Origin: Sumerlaeia bacterium
GTDB taxonomy: Bacteria > Sumerlaeota > Sumerlaeia > SLMS01 > JAHLLQ01
Length of the DNA: 64,000 nt
Reading direction: 5' to 3'
NCBI GenBank assembly: GCA_040219255.1
Contig: JAVJSW010000004.1
Location: forward strand, 32,001-96,000
Part shown: in pieces, positions 17,260-27,615 of the stretch
How the letters are laid out: every line of letters begins with the position of its first letter
Numbering within the stretch: the stretch's first letter is position 1
Program-made: the position numbers and the translations under genes
The notes under the pieces: model-generated
What the model was told of the DNA's origin: nothing
The model's database searches: none
The model's input: only the letters and a program-made list of their open reading frames with translations

Positions 17260-18603
17260 TTGCCGCGGAATGCCCCCAGCGGACTCGCCCTCGCCCCACC
17301 ACCCGTGCGCCTCGCTTTTCATTTACTGATTCTTCTCGCCTTCCTCGCGTTTGGCCTTCCCGCCCACGCCGAGTTCGGCGCCCGCGTGCCGGATTTCGAC
17401 CGCGACGCCCTCCAAATCCTCCCCCGCGGACGCACCGGCGCCCGCCTCGACCTGAATAACGACGGATTCAAGGACATCGTCTATATTTCGGAAAACGGCA
17501 ACATCCGTCAGATCGCCGACCTGGACATCTATAAACCCGATTTCCTGATCCAGCCCGGCGTGCCCCTGCTGCTGGTCGAGCGAGCCTCCCCCAGCATCGC
17601 CGCCGCCGACATGGATGGCGATGGCGACGAGGACATTGTCTTTGCCGGCGCCGACCCGAGCGGCGAGCGATTCGCCCTGCGGTGGCTGATCAACGATGGG
17701 CGCCCCAATCCCGACTTCAGCGTCCGCGTTCTTTTCGACATCGGTTTGCCCATCGAATTCGCCGTCGCGGATTTCGACAAATCGGGCACGATGGATGTCC
17801 TGACCCAGGCCGAAGGGCGATTCGACCTGCTGCTCAACGAGGGATTCACCCAGGGCGATAGCGCCCCCGATTTCCGGCGCCTCTTTCAACGCAACATCCC
17901 CCGGCCCTCGCGCATTCTCGGCACCGGCGATTTCAATGGAGACAGTTGGCTGGACGTCTTTCTCGTCACCGGCGCGGGCCAATTGGAGATCGCCTACTAC
18001 CTGCCCAACTCCGATCCGCCAACGCTGACCATCAAGACTCCCGCGCCGCTCCTGACCGAGTTCCCGCTGCCAACCCTCCCCCGCTCCTGGGCCACGGCGG
18101 ACTTCAACGGCGATGGGCACCTCGATCTTCTGGTCAGCGTCCCCGAAGTCGGCGCCTTCTGGATCGAGAACGACGGCGGCGATCCGCCGGCCTACACCCT
18201 GAACGAGATCCCCATCCTGGCGGCGGGCGACCCCGAGTCCTGCGCCACCGGCGACATCGACGGCGACGGCCAGCCCGACACGCTCTTCGTTTTTCCCAGC
18301 GGCCAACTCCTCTGCCTGCTGAACAACAACGGCGGCGCCACCTGGACCCAATGCGAGGCCGAGGACCCGGACGAACGCTTTGGCGGCGAGGATCTCTTCG
18401 TGATGCTCGAAGACCTCGATGGCGACGGACGCGACGAACCCATCGCCTTCAGCGATTTCTTCGCCCGCTATTTCCAGGAAACCCCCGGCTACGTCGCGGG
18501 CTTTATCACCGACCGCATTTACGCCGGCGACGACCTGCGCGACTTCAACAATGACGATATCGTGGACGTGGCCGACGGCATCGCACTGTTCCTCGAGAAT
18601 TAG
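17260..18603 (+). CDS. Secreted FG-GAP/VCBS repeat protein with dockerin/EF-hand-like C-terminus
   Basis: Signal peptide; about 7 D[FLMI][ND]xDGxxD repeats; C-terminal DFNNDDIVDVAD. Start may be slightly downstream. Confidence 0.85.
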   Translation: MPRNAPSGLALAPPPVRLAFHLLILLAFLAFGLPAHAEFGARVPDFDRDALQILPRGRTGARLDLNNDGFKDIVYISENGNIRQIADLDIYKPDFLIQPGVPLLLVERASPSIAAADMDGDGDEDIVFAGADPSGERFALRWLINDGRPNPDFSVRVLFDIGLPIEFAVADFDKSGTMDVLTQAEGRFDLLLNEGFTQGDSAPDFRRLFQRNIPRPSRILGTGDFNGDSWLDVFLVTGAGQLEIAYYLPNSDPPTLTIKTPAPLLTEFPLPTLPRSWATADFNGDGHLDLLVSVPEVGAFWIENDGGDPPAYTLNEIPILAAGDPESCATGDIDGDGQPDTLFVFPSGQLLCLLNNNGGATWTQCEAEDPDERFGGEDLFVMLEDLDGDGRDEPIAFSDFFARYFQETPGYVAGFITDRIYAGDDLRDFNNDDIVDVADGIALFLEN

Positions 18604-18631
18604 GTTTTACGGCGTCTCCGGTATTTTCTTA

Positions 18632-18781
18632 ACCACAGAGAACACAGCGGCCAGAGGGTTCACAGAGTTTTGATTTTCATGCCTTGCCCCCGCCCAAGAA
18701 TTGTAATTCCATTACTTTTTCGCAAAATCAATCCATAGTGACCAAACACAAAAATCTCTGCGTCCTCTGTGTCTCTGTGGT
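18632..18781. repeat. ~150-bp element with imperfect terminal inverted repeats (REP/MITE-like)
   Basis: Left accacagagaacacag versus right ctctgtgtctctgtggt, with an AT-rich interior, between convergent genes. Confidence 0.7.
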
Positions 18782-18796
18782 GAATTCAATCAAGAA

Positions 18797-20176
18797 TCAA
18801 GGCTGACCCCCCGCCGCCCCCTTCGCGTCCTCCCGCATCGCCTTCGCCGCCTCGCGGGCAGTCGGCAGCAGTGGCTCGAACCCCGGATGACGATCCACGA
18901 GGCGCTGGCGGATGGCGTCGGCTTGCTGATAGGCGCCGGCCTTGGCCAATTCCTGAAAGCCGATCAATTGGGCGTTCAGCAGCATCGGCCGCACCTCGGC
19001 GATCAGCAACCCCAGCCGCGCCCGCAGACGCGGGTCCTCGGCGTAGGGACCGGTGCGCGTCGCCATATCCACCTCGAGCACGATGGGCGCCGCGGGGAAG
19101 CGGGTCAGCAGGTAGGCGATGTCCTCGTTCATGGCGGGCAGGTTCCCGAGCTGGGAATTGAGCGCGAGGCGCTGGACCCGGAAGGCGGGCACGTCCGGCC
19201 ATTCCTTCACGATTTGATCCATGCTTTCCAGGGCCCGCGCCGGGTCGGGTTCGGTGCGCGCCAGCAGCGCCCGCCCCGGGGCGTATTCCGGATTGTCGAT
19301 CACCGCTCGCCGCGCGATGCGCCGCAGAATTTCCCTCTCGGGATAGGTTTCGTCCAACAGAATCCGCAGGGCGCCATACACCGCCACCGGCGGCTCGCCA
19401 ACCCGCGAAATGCTGTACTCGCCGCCTTCCGGCAAGGCCAGCAGCCGGTCGATAAATCCGGTGCGAGCCACGTCCTGCATCGTGATGTCCTGACCCGGGG
19501 CAAGCTTGCCTGCCGCCACCGCGAGGTCGATGGCTTCGCCGAGTTCCGCGAGCCGCTCCTGCACCAGCCGCGCGCGCTGCATCGGTTCGCTGTTCAGCAT
19601 CCGCACCGTGTAGGAGCGCGTTTCGGCCTCGCCCTTGAGCAGCGGCGGCGCCGTCGGGCTGGCCAGGACGATGTTCCATAACTCGCCCACGTTCAGGCTC
19701 CCGCGCGCCACCCGGCCCCGATACAGCTCGGCGCTGCGGAGCTGATTCAGCGCGCTCTGGACGATATCCGTCGCCCCGCCGGTGGACGTCGTGAAGCGCC
19801 GGCCCTTGGGCGACCACACGTACCGCACGCCGTCGGGCAGTACGGGAGGCGCCTGCGCGAGGTAACCGCCCTCGACCAAGGCTTCCACCTCGGGAACGAT
19901 GGTGTCCGGATTGTCCCGCAAATAAGCCCGGGCGGCGCGGCTCATGCGGATCAACGCCGCCCGCACCTGCCCCACCGCGTCGTCCTCCGCCGGAGCCGGC
20001 GGATCGATGTACAACCCCGGCAGCCCATACCCCTGCTCGTACGCGAGGATCCAATGCCGCTCGATGCGCTCGATGGTGGAGGTGGTGGGGAGATCGTCGG
20101 CGGGGGTTTGGGCGGGGGCGGGGCGGGTGAGGGCGGACGCGATTAGCACAAGTAGTAAGATGAAAAGGACTCTCAT
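18797..20176 (-). CDS. Secreted hypothetical protein with two pilin-head-like motifs and a TPR-like C-terminus
   Basis: Signal peptide; ALVEGGYL..PPVLPDGVRY and DVARTGFI..LLALPEGGEY; helical C-terminal half. Confidence 0.7.
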   Translation of the reverse strand: MRVLFILLLVLIASALTRPAPAQTPADDLPTTSTIERIERHWILAYEQGYGLPGLYIDPPAPAEDDAVGQVRAALIRMSRAARAYLRDNPDTIVPEVEALVEGGYLAQAPPVLPDGVRYVWSPKGRRFTTSTGGATDIVQSALNQLRSAELYRGRVARGSLNVGELWNIVLASPTAPPLLKGEAETRSYTVRMLNSEPMQRARLVQERLAELGEAIDLAVAAGKLAPGQDITMQDVARTGFIDRLLALPEGGEYSISRVGEPPVAVYGALRILLDETYPEREILRRIARRAVIDNPEYAPGRALLARTEPDPARALESMDQIVKEWPDVPAFRVQRLALNSQLGNLPAMNEDIAYLLTRFPAAPIVLEVDMATRTGPYAEDPRLRARLGLLIAEVRPMLLNAQLIGFQELAKAGAYQQADAIRQRLVDRHPGFEPLLPTAREAAKAMREDAKGAAGGQP

Positions 20177-20193
20177 ACGGCAACTTTCAAATG

Positions 20194-20967
20194 TTAGGGA
20201 CTATTTCGCCTAAGAATGGCATTCGCAAGCCAATTAGGTCTGCGCCAAATCTCCAGGCAAATGAGAATCGCGCAAGCCAAATACACGTACTCTTTCATTA
20301 AAACCATATTCTCTATATTAAATCTCGGTTCAAATAGCCTGTAGAGCGAACCTAGAACAAAATACTGAAAGAAGTACCAGGCCATATTGGCCACAAAAAA
20401 CAAGGACATAAAATGAACCATGGCTCTCGCCACTGATTTGCTAGCCATGGCGAGCTGAAGGCCTAACCACTGCATGAAGGCAAAAAGAAAAACCTGAAAA
20501 ACGACTCGATGTACGCCCTGAATATTCGGCATCTCCCACAGATCACCCAAATTGAATTTGTAATTCCCTGACTGGAAGTGCTCGATGACAAAGCTCAAGT
20601 AGCTCAGCAAGGGGGCAGAGAAAAGACAGTAAGTCCACATGATCTTTCCCGAAAGCTCACGGACACCTGGTGAATCGTCATGCCAAAACCTTTGGAGTCT
20701 AGCGGAGGCCAAGGGAATGAATAATACAAAGAAGGCAGCATTTTCGTTAATCAGATAGACCAGTGCCATCGCAGCCGCCCAAGTTGCACTGCCCTGCATG
20801 CCGAGCCCTGTCCGATAAAATATCCAATAGAGCAGATATCCAATGCCAATATTTATGTAGTACGCCAAGAACACACACCCACCGGCAAGCAGCCACACCC
20901 GCCGCCCAAACACATACCGCATCATCCGCAGCCGTTCTAGGAAGCTCTCGAACCAGGAACCCATCAT
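20194..20967 (-). CDS. Low-GC multi-pass membrane protein
   Basis: About 6 hydrophobic segments; N-terminal ERLRMMRYVFGRRVWL shared with the upstream gene. Confidence 0.75.
   Translation of the reverse strand: MMGSWFESFLERLRMMRYVFGRRVWLLAGGCVFLAYYINIGIGYLLYWIFYRTGLGMQGSATWAAAMALVYLINENAAFFVLFIPLASARLQRFWHDDSPGVRELSGKIMWTYCLFSAPLLSYLSFVIEHFQSGNYKFNLGDLWEMPNIQGVHRVVFQVFLFAFMQWLGLQLAMASKSVARAMVHFMSLFFVANMAWYFFQYFVLGSLYRLFEPRFNIENMVLMKEYVYLACAILICLEIWRRPNWLANAILRRNSP
20890..20934. repeat. 45-bp direct repeat, copy 1 (copy 2 at 21675-21719)
   Basis: cagccacacccgccgcccaaaca[c/g]ataccgcatcatccgcagccg, 44/45 identical between copies. Confidence 0.9.
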
Positions 20968-21761
20968 GGCAGAGGCTCCTTCTTGCACGTTGAGTCCAAG
21001 CGGCTAAGCATCGCGAAAATGCTATCGGGCTTCTTGACCAGGAAAACGGCGAGGCCGAGGATATATAAGAAGTCAAGGCAACGGAGGGTGTGATAGAAGT
21101 ACTCGCGATAGCATTTGCCGGAGACGGCGTCACGGATTGGCTGGGAGATCAACTCATAAGAAGCTACGTCAATAACATAAAAAATAAATATTATAGTAAT
21201 AAAGCCTCCTGTTGCATCAACCCACTTGGGAATGAACATAAAGCATCTTAAGGCCACAAATTGAGCGGCAAAGAAATACACATAACAGCCAAGAACGGTG
21301 GGGATCATGCCTTGCTCAAGAAGCAGCTGGACACTTAGGAGGCACCGAGAAGGCACATCGTTCGGCCTCAACCAAAACAATGTCCCGCATGCCAAAGCTG
21401 CTAAAACAGAAAAGGCTAGAGTTGCCGCATGAATGATTTGATCGGCGTGTGCTGTCAGACCGATCGAAAGCTTTCGCACGCGCCTGCTTGCCACGTAAGC
21501 CACTATGATCGCGGGAAGCGTTAGCTCATTAATGATTAAACTCAAGTATCCGACAAAATACTGAAGAAACCAGTGAAAAGACCAAGTCGAAAAATCCTGT
21601 GTCATGAAACTGAATGAATAGTCTGTCATCTTGTACGCCGGCCAATAACTCACCGCCCACGCACCCAGCACCACCAGCCACACCCGCCGCCCAAACAGAT
21701 ACCGCATCATCCGCAGCCGCTCCCCTGCGGTGTCCCAGAGCTTGGCGAGTGGCTTGGGCAT
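20964..21761 (-). CDS. Low-GC multi-pass membrane protein, paralogous head to the downstream gene
   Basis: About 6 TMs; N-terminal ERLRMMRYLFGRRVWL. Confidence 0.75.
   Translation of the reverse strand: MPKPLAKLWDTAGERLRMMRYLFGRRVWLVVLGAWAVSYWPAYKMTDYSFSFMTQDFSTWSFHWFLQYFVGYLSLIINELTLPAIIVAYVASRRVRKLSIGLTAHADQIIHAATLAFSVLAALACGTLFWLRPNDVPSRCLLSVQLLLEQGMIPTVLGCYVYFFAAQFVALRCFMFIPKWVDATGGFITIIFIFYVIDVASYELISQPIRDAVSGKCYREYFYHTLRCLDFLYILGLAVFLVKKPDSIFAMLSRLDSTCKKEPLP
21675..21719. repeat. 45-bp direct repeat, copy 2
   Basis: Matches 20890-20934 with one mismatch. Confidence 0.9.
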
Positions 21762-21777
21762 CGGCTCCGGTCCTTTC

Positions 21778-23466
21778 TTAGCGAACCGCCATCGGCGGCG
21801 GGGGCGGCGCGGCGGCTCCGTCCACGGTCTTGAAGGGCGTTTCGAGCCGTTCGTCGGGGACGCTCTTGTCCGGCGCGCGGCGCCAGGCCACGCCGATCAG
21901 CACCACCGGCAGCAGCAGCGACAGCACGGCCCGCAGGCCCCACCACGCGCCCGCCCGCTCGAATACCTGACCCGTCCAGAACGCCCCGAGATAGACGAAC
22001 TGGGGCACCGCCAAGTCCGTCGTCAGGGTCGCGTTTTGCAGGACCTCGTGCGGGTTGCCCTGGGGGATTTGCGGGTCCAGGATCGAGAGCGGCATCGTCA
22101 GCAGTACGCCCACCGTCCCGGCCACGCAGACGGCGGCGAAGAGCCACCGGGGGCGGTCGCGGCGGCACAACTCGGCCAGCCCCAGCGGCACCACGGCCCA
22201 GATCGGCAGCAGTAGTCTCGGCCCCATCGTCCATCCCGCCCACCACATGTAGTAGCACGCGTTGAACAGCAGGTAACTGACGAAAACCCAGAGCCCCAGC
22301 CACCCGACGAGGCGCCGGCGCCCGGCGCTGCGCACGCCCATCACCAATCCCGCCACCGCCAGCGCCATCACCGGCGTCCAGAAAAACAGCCCGCGGAACG
22401 GATGGAGCGTCAGGAACCAGAGCGCGTGGGCCTTTGGCGGCAGGGTCGCGCCCATCACGCCGGCGGCCATGCCCTCGCGGAAAATCGGGTCCGCCTCGTA
22501 CTCATAGGGAATCGTTGGCGAGCCAAAGATGGCGATGGAGTACGCGGCGAAAAGCGCCAGCGGGATGGCTCCGGCGATGGCCCCCGCCGCCGCGATGCCC
22601 ACCGCCCCGCGCCACCGCGTACGGTCGCCGGACATGTCGGCAAAGGCCCGCAGCCCCCAGAGCCCCACCTGGTCCTGGAGCCGCAGCAAGAACACCGCGA
22701 TCAATCCCCAGACCACGAAGACGAACAGAAGGTCGCTGAGCAACGCCACGCCGCAGAGCCCTCCGATGGCGATGCTGTTGCGCGCCGTCAGGCGCCGCGC
22801 GGGTGGGTACAGCAGCAGATACAATGCCCCCAACGCCGCCGCCACCCCCGGCGCGTAGGGCATGAAGATGGTAGCGTAGCCAAAGAAAATCGACCCGAAG
22901 ACCGCGAACCCCACCGCCAGCAGCGCGCGCCTCGGCGCCGCCCCGAGGCGCACGCTGAGGAGCCAGAGCAGGCTCGCCGCCAGAGCCGCCGGGGCGGAAA
23001 CGGCAAACACGCGCAGGACATAGTTCGCCTGCTGAAAGGTCGGCTCGGCCCCGCCCGCCACGGCCCAGAGGCCCTTCATTCCCCAATAAAAGGGCAGGGC
23101 CAAAAGTGACACACCGAAGATTTTATCGCTGTAGTAATGACCCTCATAGAACGCCTTGTCGCCGGTGGCGTAGGGTTCCAGATCGTGATAGTCGTCGATG
23201 GTCAGCGTCCCCTGATCCGCAACGGCGAAAACCAGCACGAGCCGCGTGTTCACGTTGTATCCGGTGTTCGGGTGGTGCAGACAGACGGCGGAGAGGAAAA
23301 CGGCGGCGAAGAGGAGCCAGAACGTTGCGGTAAAGCCTTTGCCGTCTCGCGGGACTTCTGGGGATGAGCTTTTTGCCAAGGGTCGGGCTCCGGGCCGGTG
23401 GGAATCTGCGCGTTGCGGGAGCGAAACCCTGCGAAGTTGGCACGACTGAGGCAACCGGAACTCCAT
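21778..23466 (-). CDS. Polytopic membrane protein, probable GT-C fold glycosyltransferase
   Basis: First loop NTRL...TIDDY...GDKAFYEGHYYSDK; about 12 TMs; RGLFFWTP and WWAGWTMGPRLLLP. Confidence 0.65.
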   Translation of the reverse strand: MEFRLPQSCQLRRVSLPQRADSHRPGARPLAKSSSPEVPRDGKGFTATFWLLFAAVFLSAVCLHHPNTGYNVNTRLVLVFAVADQGTLTIDDYHDLEPYATGDKAFYEGHYYSDKIFGVSLLALPFYWGMKGLWAVAGGAEPTFQQANYVLRVFAVSAPAALAASLLWLLSVRLGAAPRRALLAVGFAVFGSIFFGYATIFMPYAPGVAAALGALYLLLYPPARRLTARNSIAIGGLCGVALLSDLLFVFVVWGLIAVFLLRLQDQVGLWGLRAFADMSGDRTRWRGAVGIAAAGAIAGAIPLALFAAYSIAIFGSPTIPYEYEADPIFREGMAAGVMGATLPPKAHALWFLTLHPFRGLFFWTPVMALAVAGLVMGVRSAGRRRLVGWLGLWVFVSYLLFNACYYMWWAGWTMGPRLLLPIWAVVPLGLAELCRRDRPRWLFAAVCVAGTVGVLLTMPLSILDPQIPQGNPHEVLQNATLTTDLAVPQFVYLGAFWTGQVFERAGAWWGLRAVLSLLLPVVLIGVAWRRAPDKSVPDERLETPFKTVDGAAAPPPPPMAVR

Positions 23467-23538
23467 GTCCCTCGAAAAGGAGGGAACTTCCGGGTCCCTC
23501 CCACAAGGAACAGCGGCCCCTATTTAGAGAAACCTGCC

Positions 23539-25241
23539 ATGGGCAAACGGCTAAACTGGCGGCCCCGCATCCAGCGCGACTGCAAAGACCACCCCAATCC
23601 GCAAACCGAACACCAGCGTTGCTGGCGCGTCCCGCTGTGGAGCAAAGCCGCGGGCATCATCCTGGTGGCCGTGCTGGCGTACCAGATGGCGGCCGGGCTG
23701 GCCCTTTCCCGCGCCATCACCGCCGAAGTGCGCGACATCCATCTGTTCTACAACAACCAATTGGCGTCGGTCGCGCCCCAGGTGGCGGATTATTCCGGCA
23801 TTGAATCGACGGGCTTTTCGCGCGAAGCGCGCCAGGGCAACGGCGAAATGGTCGATTTGCTCCAGCACGTCTGGGGGCCGATGGCCGAACGCGACCCGAT
23901 GCCTTCGATTTCGCGCTTCTGGCCCGGCACGAAGGCATCTGGACCTATTTCATGGCCAGCAACTCGTCCTTCGTCGACAAACACGCCTATTTCAAGAGTC
24001 TGCCGGCGGCCCTCGCTCCCCGGGAAGTGGCGCAAAACCTCTCTCCCCGGGAGGACGTGGAATGGATGCGGGGCGATCCCATCGTCATGCAGACCCAGGT
24101 CAGCCAGCACTTCAGCGACTGGTTCAAAAAAGCCGCCGAGGCTCAGGGCTGGGACTTCAGCGATGCGCGCCTGACCTCGATCTACTGGTCGGACCGCAGC
24201 AACGATCCGGTGCCCGCCGCCATCAGCCGCACGGTGCGCGCCGTGGCCTGGGGCGTCATGTTCTTCTTCATCCCGCTGGCCGTCCTGGTGGCGTGGCGCA
24301 TCACGCGCCGGGCGCGGTACCTCAGCGACGCCGTGGATCAGCTCGCCGCGGGCAATTACAACGTGCGCGTCCCGGCCACCGGCCGCGATGAAATCGGCCG
24401 CCTGGGCCGCCAATTCAACCATATGGTCGAGGCCCTCGAAGATCGCGAGAAACTGCGCTCCGCCATTCGCGTGGCAGCCCAGTTGCAGGCCAAGCTCCTG
24501 CCCGAAGCGCCCCAGGATCTCCCGAACCTGGATATCGCCGCGGCCAATCGCATGTGCGAACGCATCGGCGGCGATTACTACGACTTCGTGCGCAAGAACG
24601 GCGACCTCTGGATCGTCGCCGGCGACATCAGCGGCCACGGCCTCGAAGCCGGCCTCCTGATGAGCGCCGCCCGAGCCAACGTCCGCCTGCTTGTCACCCT
24701 CGGTAACGATCCCCTGACGGTGCTCAAGAAGCTCAACCGCCGCCTCGTCAAGGATTTCGCTGGCGGCTACTTCCTGACGCTGGCGCTGATGAAGGTGAAC
24801 CTGCAAACCCTGGAATACGAGCACGTCTCAGCCGGGCACGAGCCCACGCTCCTGCTCTCCAACGGCGACATCCACCGCTTCCAGACCACCTGCCCGCCGC
24901 TTGGCCTGTTCAAGGAACTGCCCTGCAAACGGACCGCTGAAACGGGCCGCTTCCACAAGGGCGACCGCCTCCTGATGTCCACCGACGGTCTGCGCGAGTG
25001 CTTCAACGCCAACGAAGAGGAACTGGGACATGGCCCGATTCACGAGACGCTGCGGCGCGAAGGGGAAAACGCCAACGAGCTGACCCGCGACTTCATGGAT
25101 TTGGTGGAACGCCACCGCGACGGCTACGAATTCCAGGACGACCTGACCCTGGTGATGGTCAATATCACCGGCGAAGGCCAGGACGCACAAGCCAACCTGA
25201 TCGAGGAGGAAGCCCACGCTCTGGTTTCCGCTCCGGTCTGA
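23539..25241 (+). CDS. Membrane sensor HAMP + PP2C/SpoIIE (RsbU-like) phosphatase, frameshifted near 23895
   Basis: TM1 lies in ORF 23539-; TM2, HAMP (RDEIGRL..FNHM), IGGDYYD, DISGHG, SAGH, TDGL and DDLT lie in ORF 23952-25241. Confidence 0.85.
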
Positions 25242-25250
25242 CGCCCTGCC

Positions 25251-27501
25251 TCAATACGTCAGCCAAGCCCCCTGAACGGCGGCCTGGCCGGCGACCAACT
25301 CCAACGCTAAATCCCCCGCGCCATACGTGACCTCGACACCCCCCGGCCCCGCCGCAACGGTGTCCGAGGTCACGGTGCCGTCGGAGGCTGTCCGGAGAAG
25401 CGTCAGCGAGCCTGCGGACGTGCCGAGCCAATCGCGCGGCACCGCTATCGTTAAGGCCTCGTCCGTCTCCGAGAGCACGCGAACGCCAGTGTCCGTTTGC
25501 TCCAGAATCAACAGCCGGCCTTGCGGATCGCCGAGGCTGTCGGCGCCGAACTCCTGAATCCAGCCGCCTTCGACGCGCGGGCTATCGGCCGCGAACCAGA
25601 ACCCTTCCTCGCCCAGCACGGCATCGCCCACAGGCAGCGTCGCCGTCGTGGACCAATTGGCGTCGATCATGGCGCCGTTGTCGTAGGTCAGGCGCGTCGT
25701 CCCCGCCAAACCGCGCAGGTCATCGAACCCGGCGACCCGCACCCCAACGACCCGCGCCAGCAGGTGTTTCTGAACCAGCGCCCCGGTGCGCAGCCACCGG
25801 TTCCCCGTCCCATCCAGCAGATCGTACGCCATGTTGTACCCCAGGGCGGCGTTGTAATGCAGCTCTTCGCGACTCCGGACCATCCGCTCGCCCGCCAGGT
25901 TGTGCGGATAGAACATCGCGTGATGGTTCGCCATGATAACGGCCAACGGGAACGGATCGAAATGCGCAGGGTCCAGCGCCGGTGGCTCCCACGTCAGCCG
26001 CAGGTTTCCGCAGAAACCCGTCTGGGTCTCCGCCAGCCGGTCCCAGGAAAGCTCGGTCATCAGCGGCAAGTACCCGATCCCCCGCCGCGTGTTTTCCAGC
26101 GTTCCCTGGGAATAGCTCCACCACTCGGGCGATGCCGCGTTGCCATCGTAGGGAATATTGCGGGCGCCCACCTGGTCCTCGAAGAGCAGGTCGGCCACTT
26201 GTAGATCGACGAACTCCTCGTACCCGGCCTCGAGCCGAGCGATCACACCTGGATGCCAGGGCGTCACCACATAGCCGCCGCGCCCGTCGTAGGATTCGAA
26301 GATCGGGGTCCCGCTCTCGTACTTCGCCACCACCCCGGTGCCCAACGCCGCCATCGTCGCTGACTCGTCGTCCCACCACGTCGGGTTCGTGTACGGCATG
26401 AACAGCGAGCCCCGGCCCCGCATGGCGGAGGCGAGCTGCTGCATCTCGACCATGGTGCCAAAGCCGCTGTCGGGCGGGAAATAGTCGGGATAACTCTCGT
26501 CGTGCCCGCCCTCCATGTAGCCTGCCACGTGGATCAGAGCGGGCACCGGCAGGTCGTTCAATTGCCCCAGGAACGCCGCCGCCGAAACGCCGCCCGGGTA
26601 CTTGAGCAACGGCGCCTGCGTCAGCGTTTCCAGCAGCGCGGCGGAGACCTTGGCGGAGAGCGGCGGATAGCCCGCCGTCTCGCCCCGGTCCCAATGCGTC
26701 CGCGCCGCCGCCGCCGCGTCCTCGCCGACCTGAAACAGAATCCACCCGCTCCCGGCCGTGCCGCCGGGGGCGATTTCGGTCAGTTGGTCGTAATGTATCA
26801 CGGGCCATGTGCCCCCCGCGTTGGTGTTGCGGTTGATATTGATCTGATGCACGGCGGCGGCACGGTTGATTTCTTCGACCGTGTTGGACATGGCAAAACT
26901 CGACCCGCCGGTCCGCCACCATAGGAACGGCGTGAAGCCCCCCGGCACGTTTGTCCCGATCCCGGCGGAGGACGCGAGGAAGGCCGCGTTCAGGACCACC
27001 CCGCCGCGATAGGGGAAGATCAACTGATCGGTGCCCGTGGTGGGAATCTCGACGTAGCCGGGGAAGGAGTGCAACTCGACCGCCTGTCCGGCCTGATGCT
27101 GGAGGGAAAAGCGCCCCCGAAAGGTTGCGTCGTCCGCGAACTCGAACCGCATCGTCGCCACAAACGACGTCCCGGCATCATCGAGCGCATAGGTCCATTC
27201 GGCCATAACGCCATCGCCCGCCGCCTGAATCGCGCGCGAGATGTTGCCGCCGCGCCCGAGGACCTGAGCCGGGCCGACCCATTCCGAATCCCCAAACCGC
27301 ACGACCCATGGGCTCTCCGGGTAGAACGTCCGCGCCAGCCAATCGCCCCCGCTCGACTCGGCGATGGAAAAGAAAGCGCCCGTCTGGGCGTCCATCTCGA
27401 CGTGATAGGCGCCAGCGGAAATCGTCACCACGCTGCCCGAATCGGTCAAGGTCACGGCGGCGCGAGACATCGCCCCAAACGACAAACACACCGCCAGCAT
27501 G
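25251..27501 (-). CDS. Secreted putative glycoside hydrolase (TIM-barrel, DUF6259-like)
   Basis: Signal peptide; GGHDESYPDYFPP..FGT, MPYTNPTWWD, FEDQVG and LMTE. Family assignment is inferred and the start is uncertain. Confidence 0.65.
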
Positions 27502-27615
27502 GCGGTGTGAACTGGGCGCGAACGCGCGGGAGACGGGGTCAAGAACACGGGGCAATCCTCCTGAAAGGGCCCCCACATACTGGCCGCCGCCGGGGTTTCT
27601 GTCAATCCCGGCCGA

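Noticed and set aside
20890-21719. Integron attC sites or DGR template/variable repeats
   Set aside because: The repeat is intragenic and non-palindromic, its single mismatch is not at an adenine, and no integrase or reverse transcriptase is in the window.
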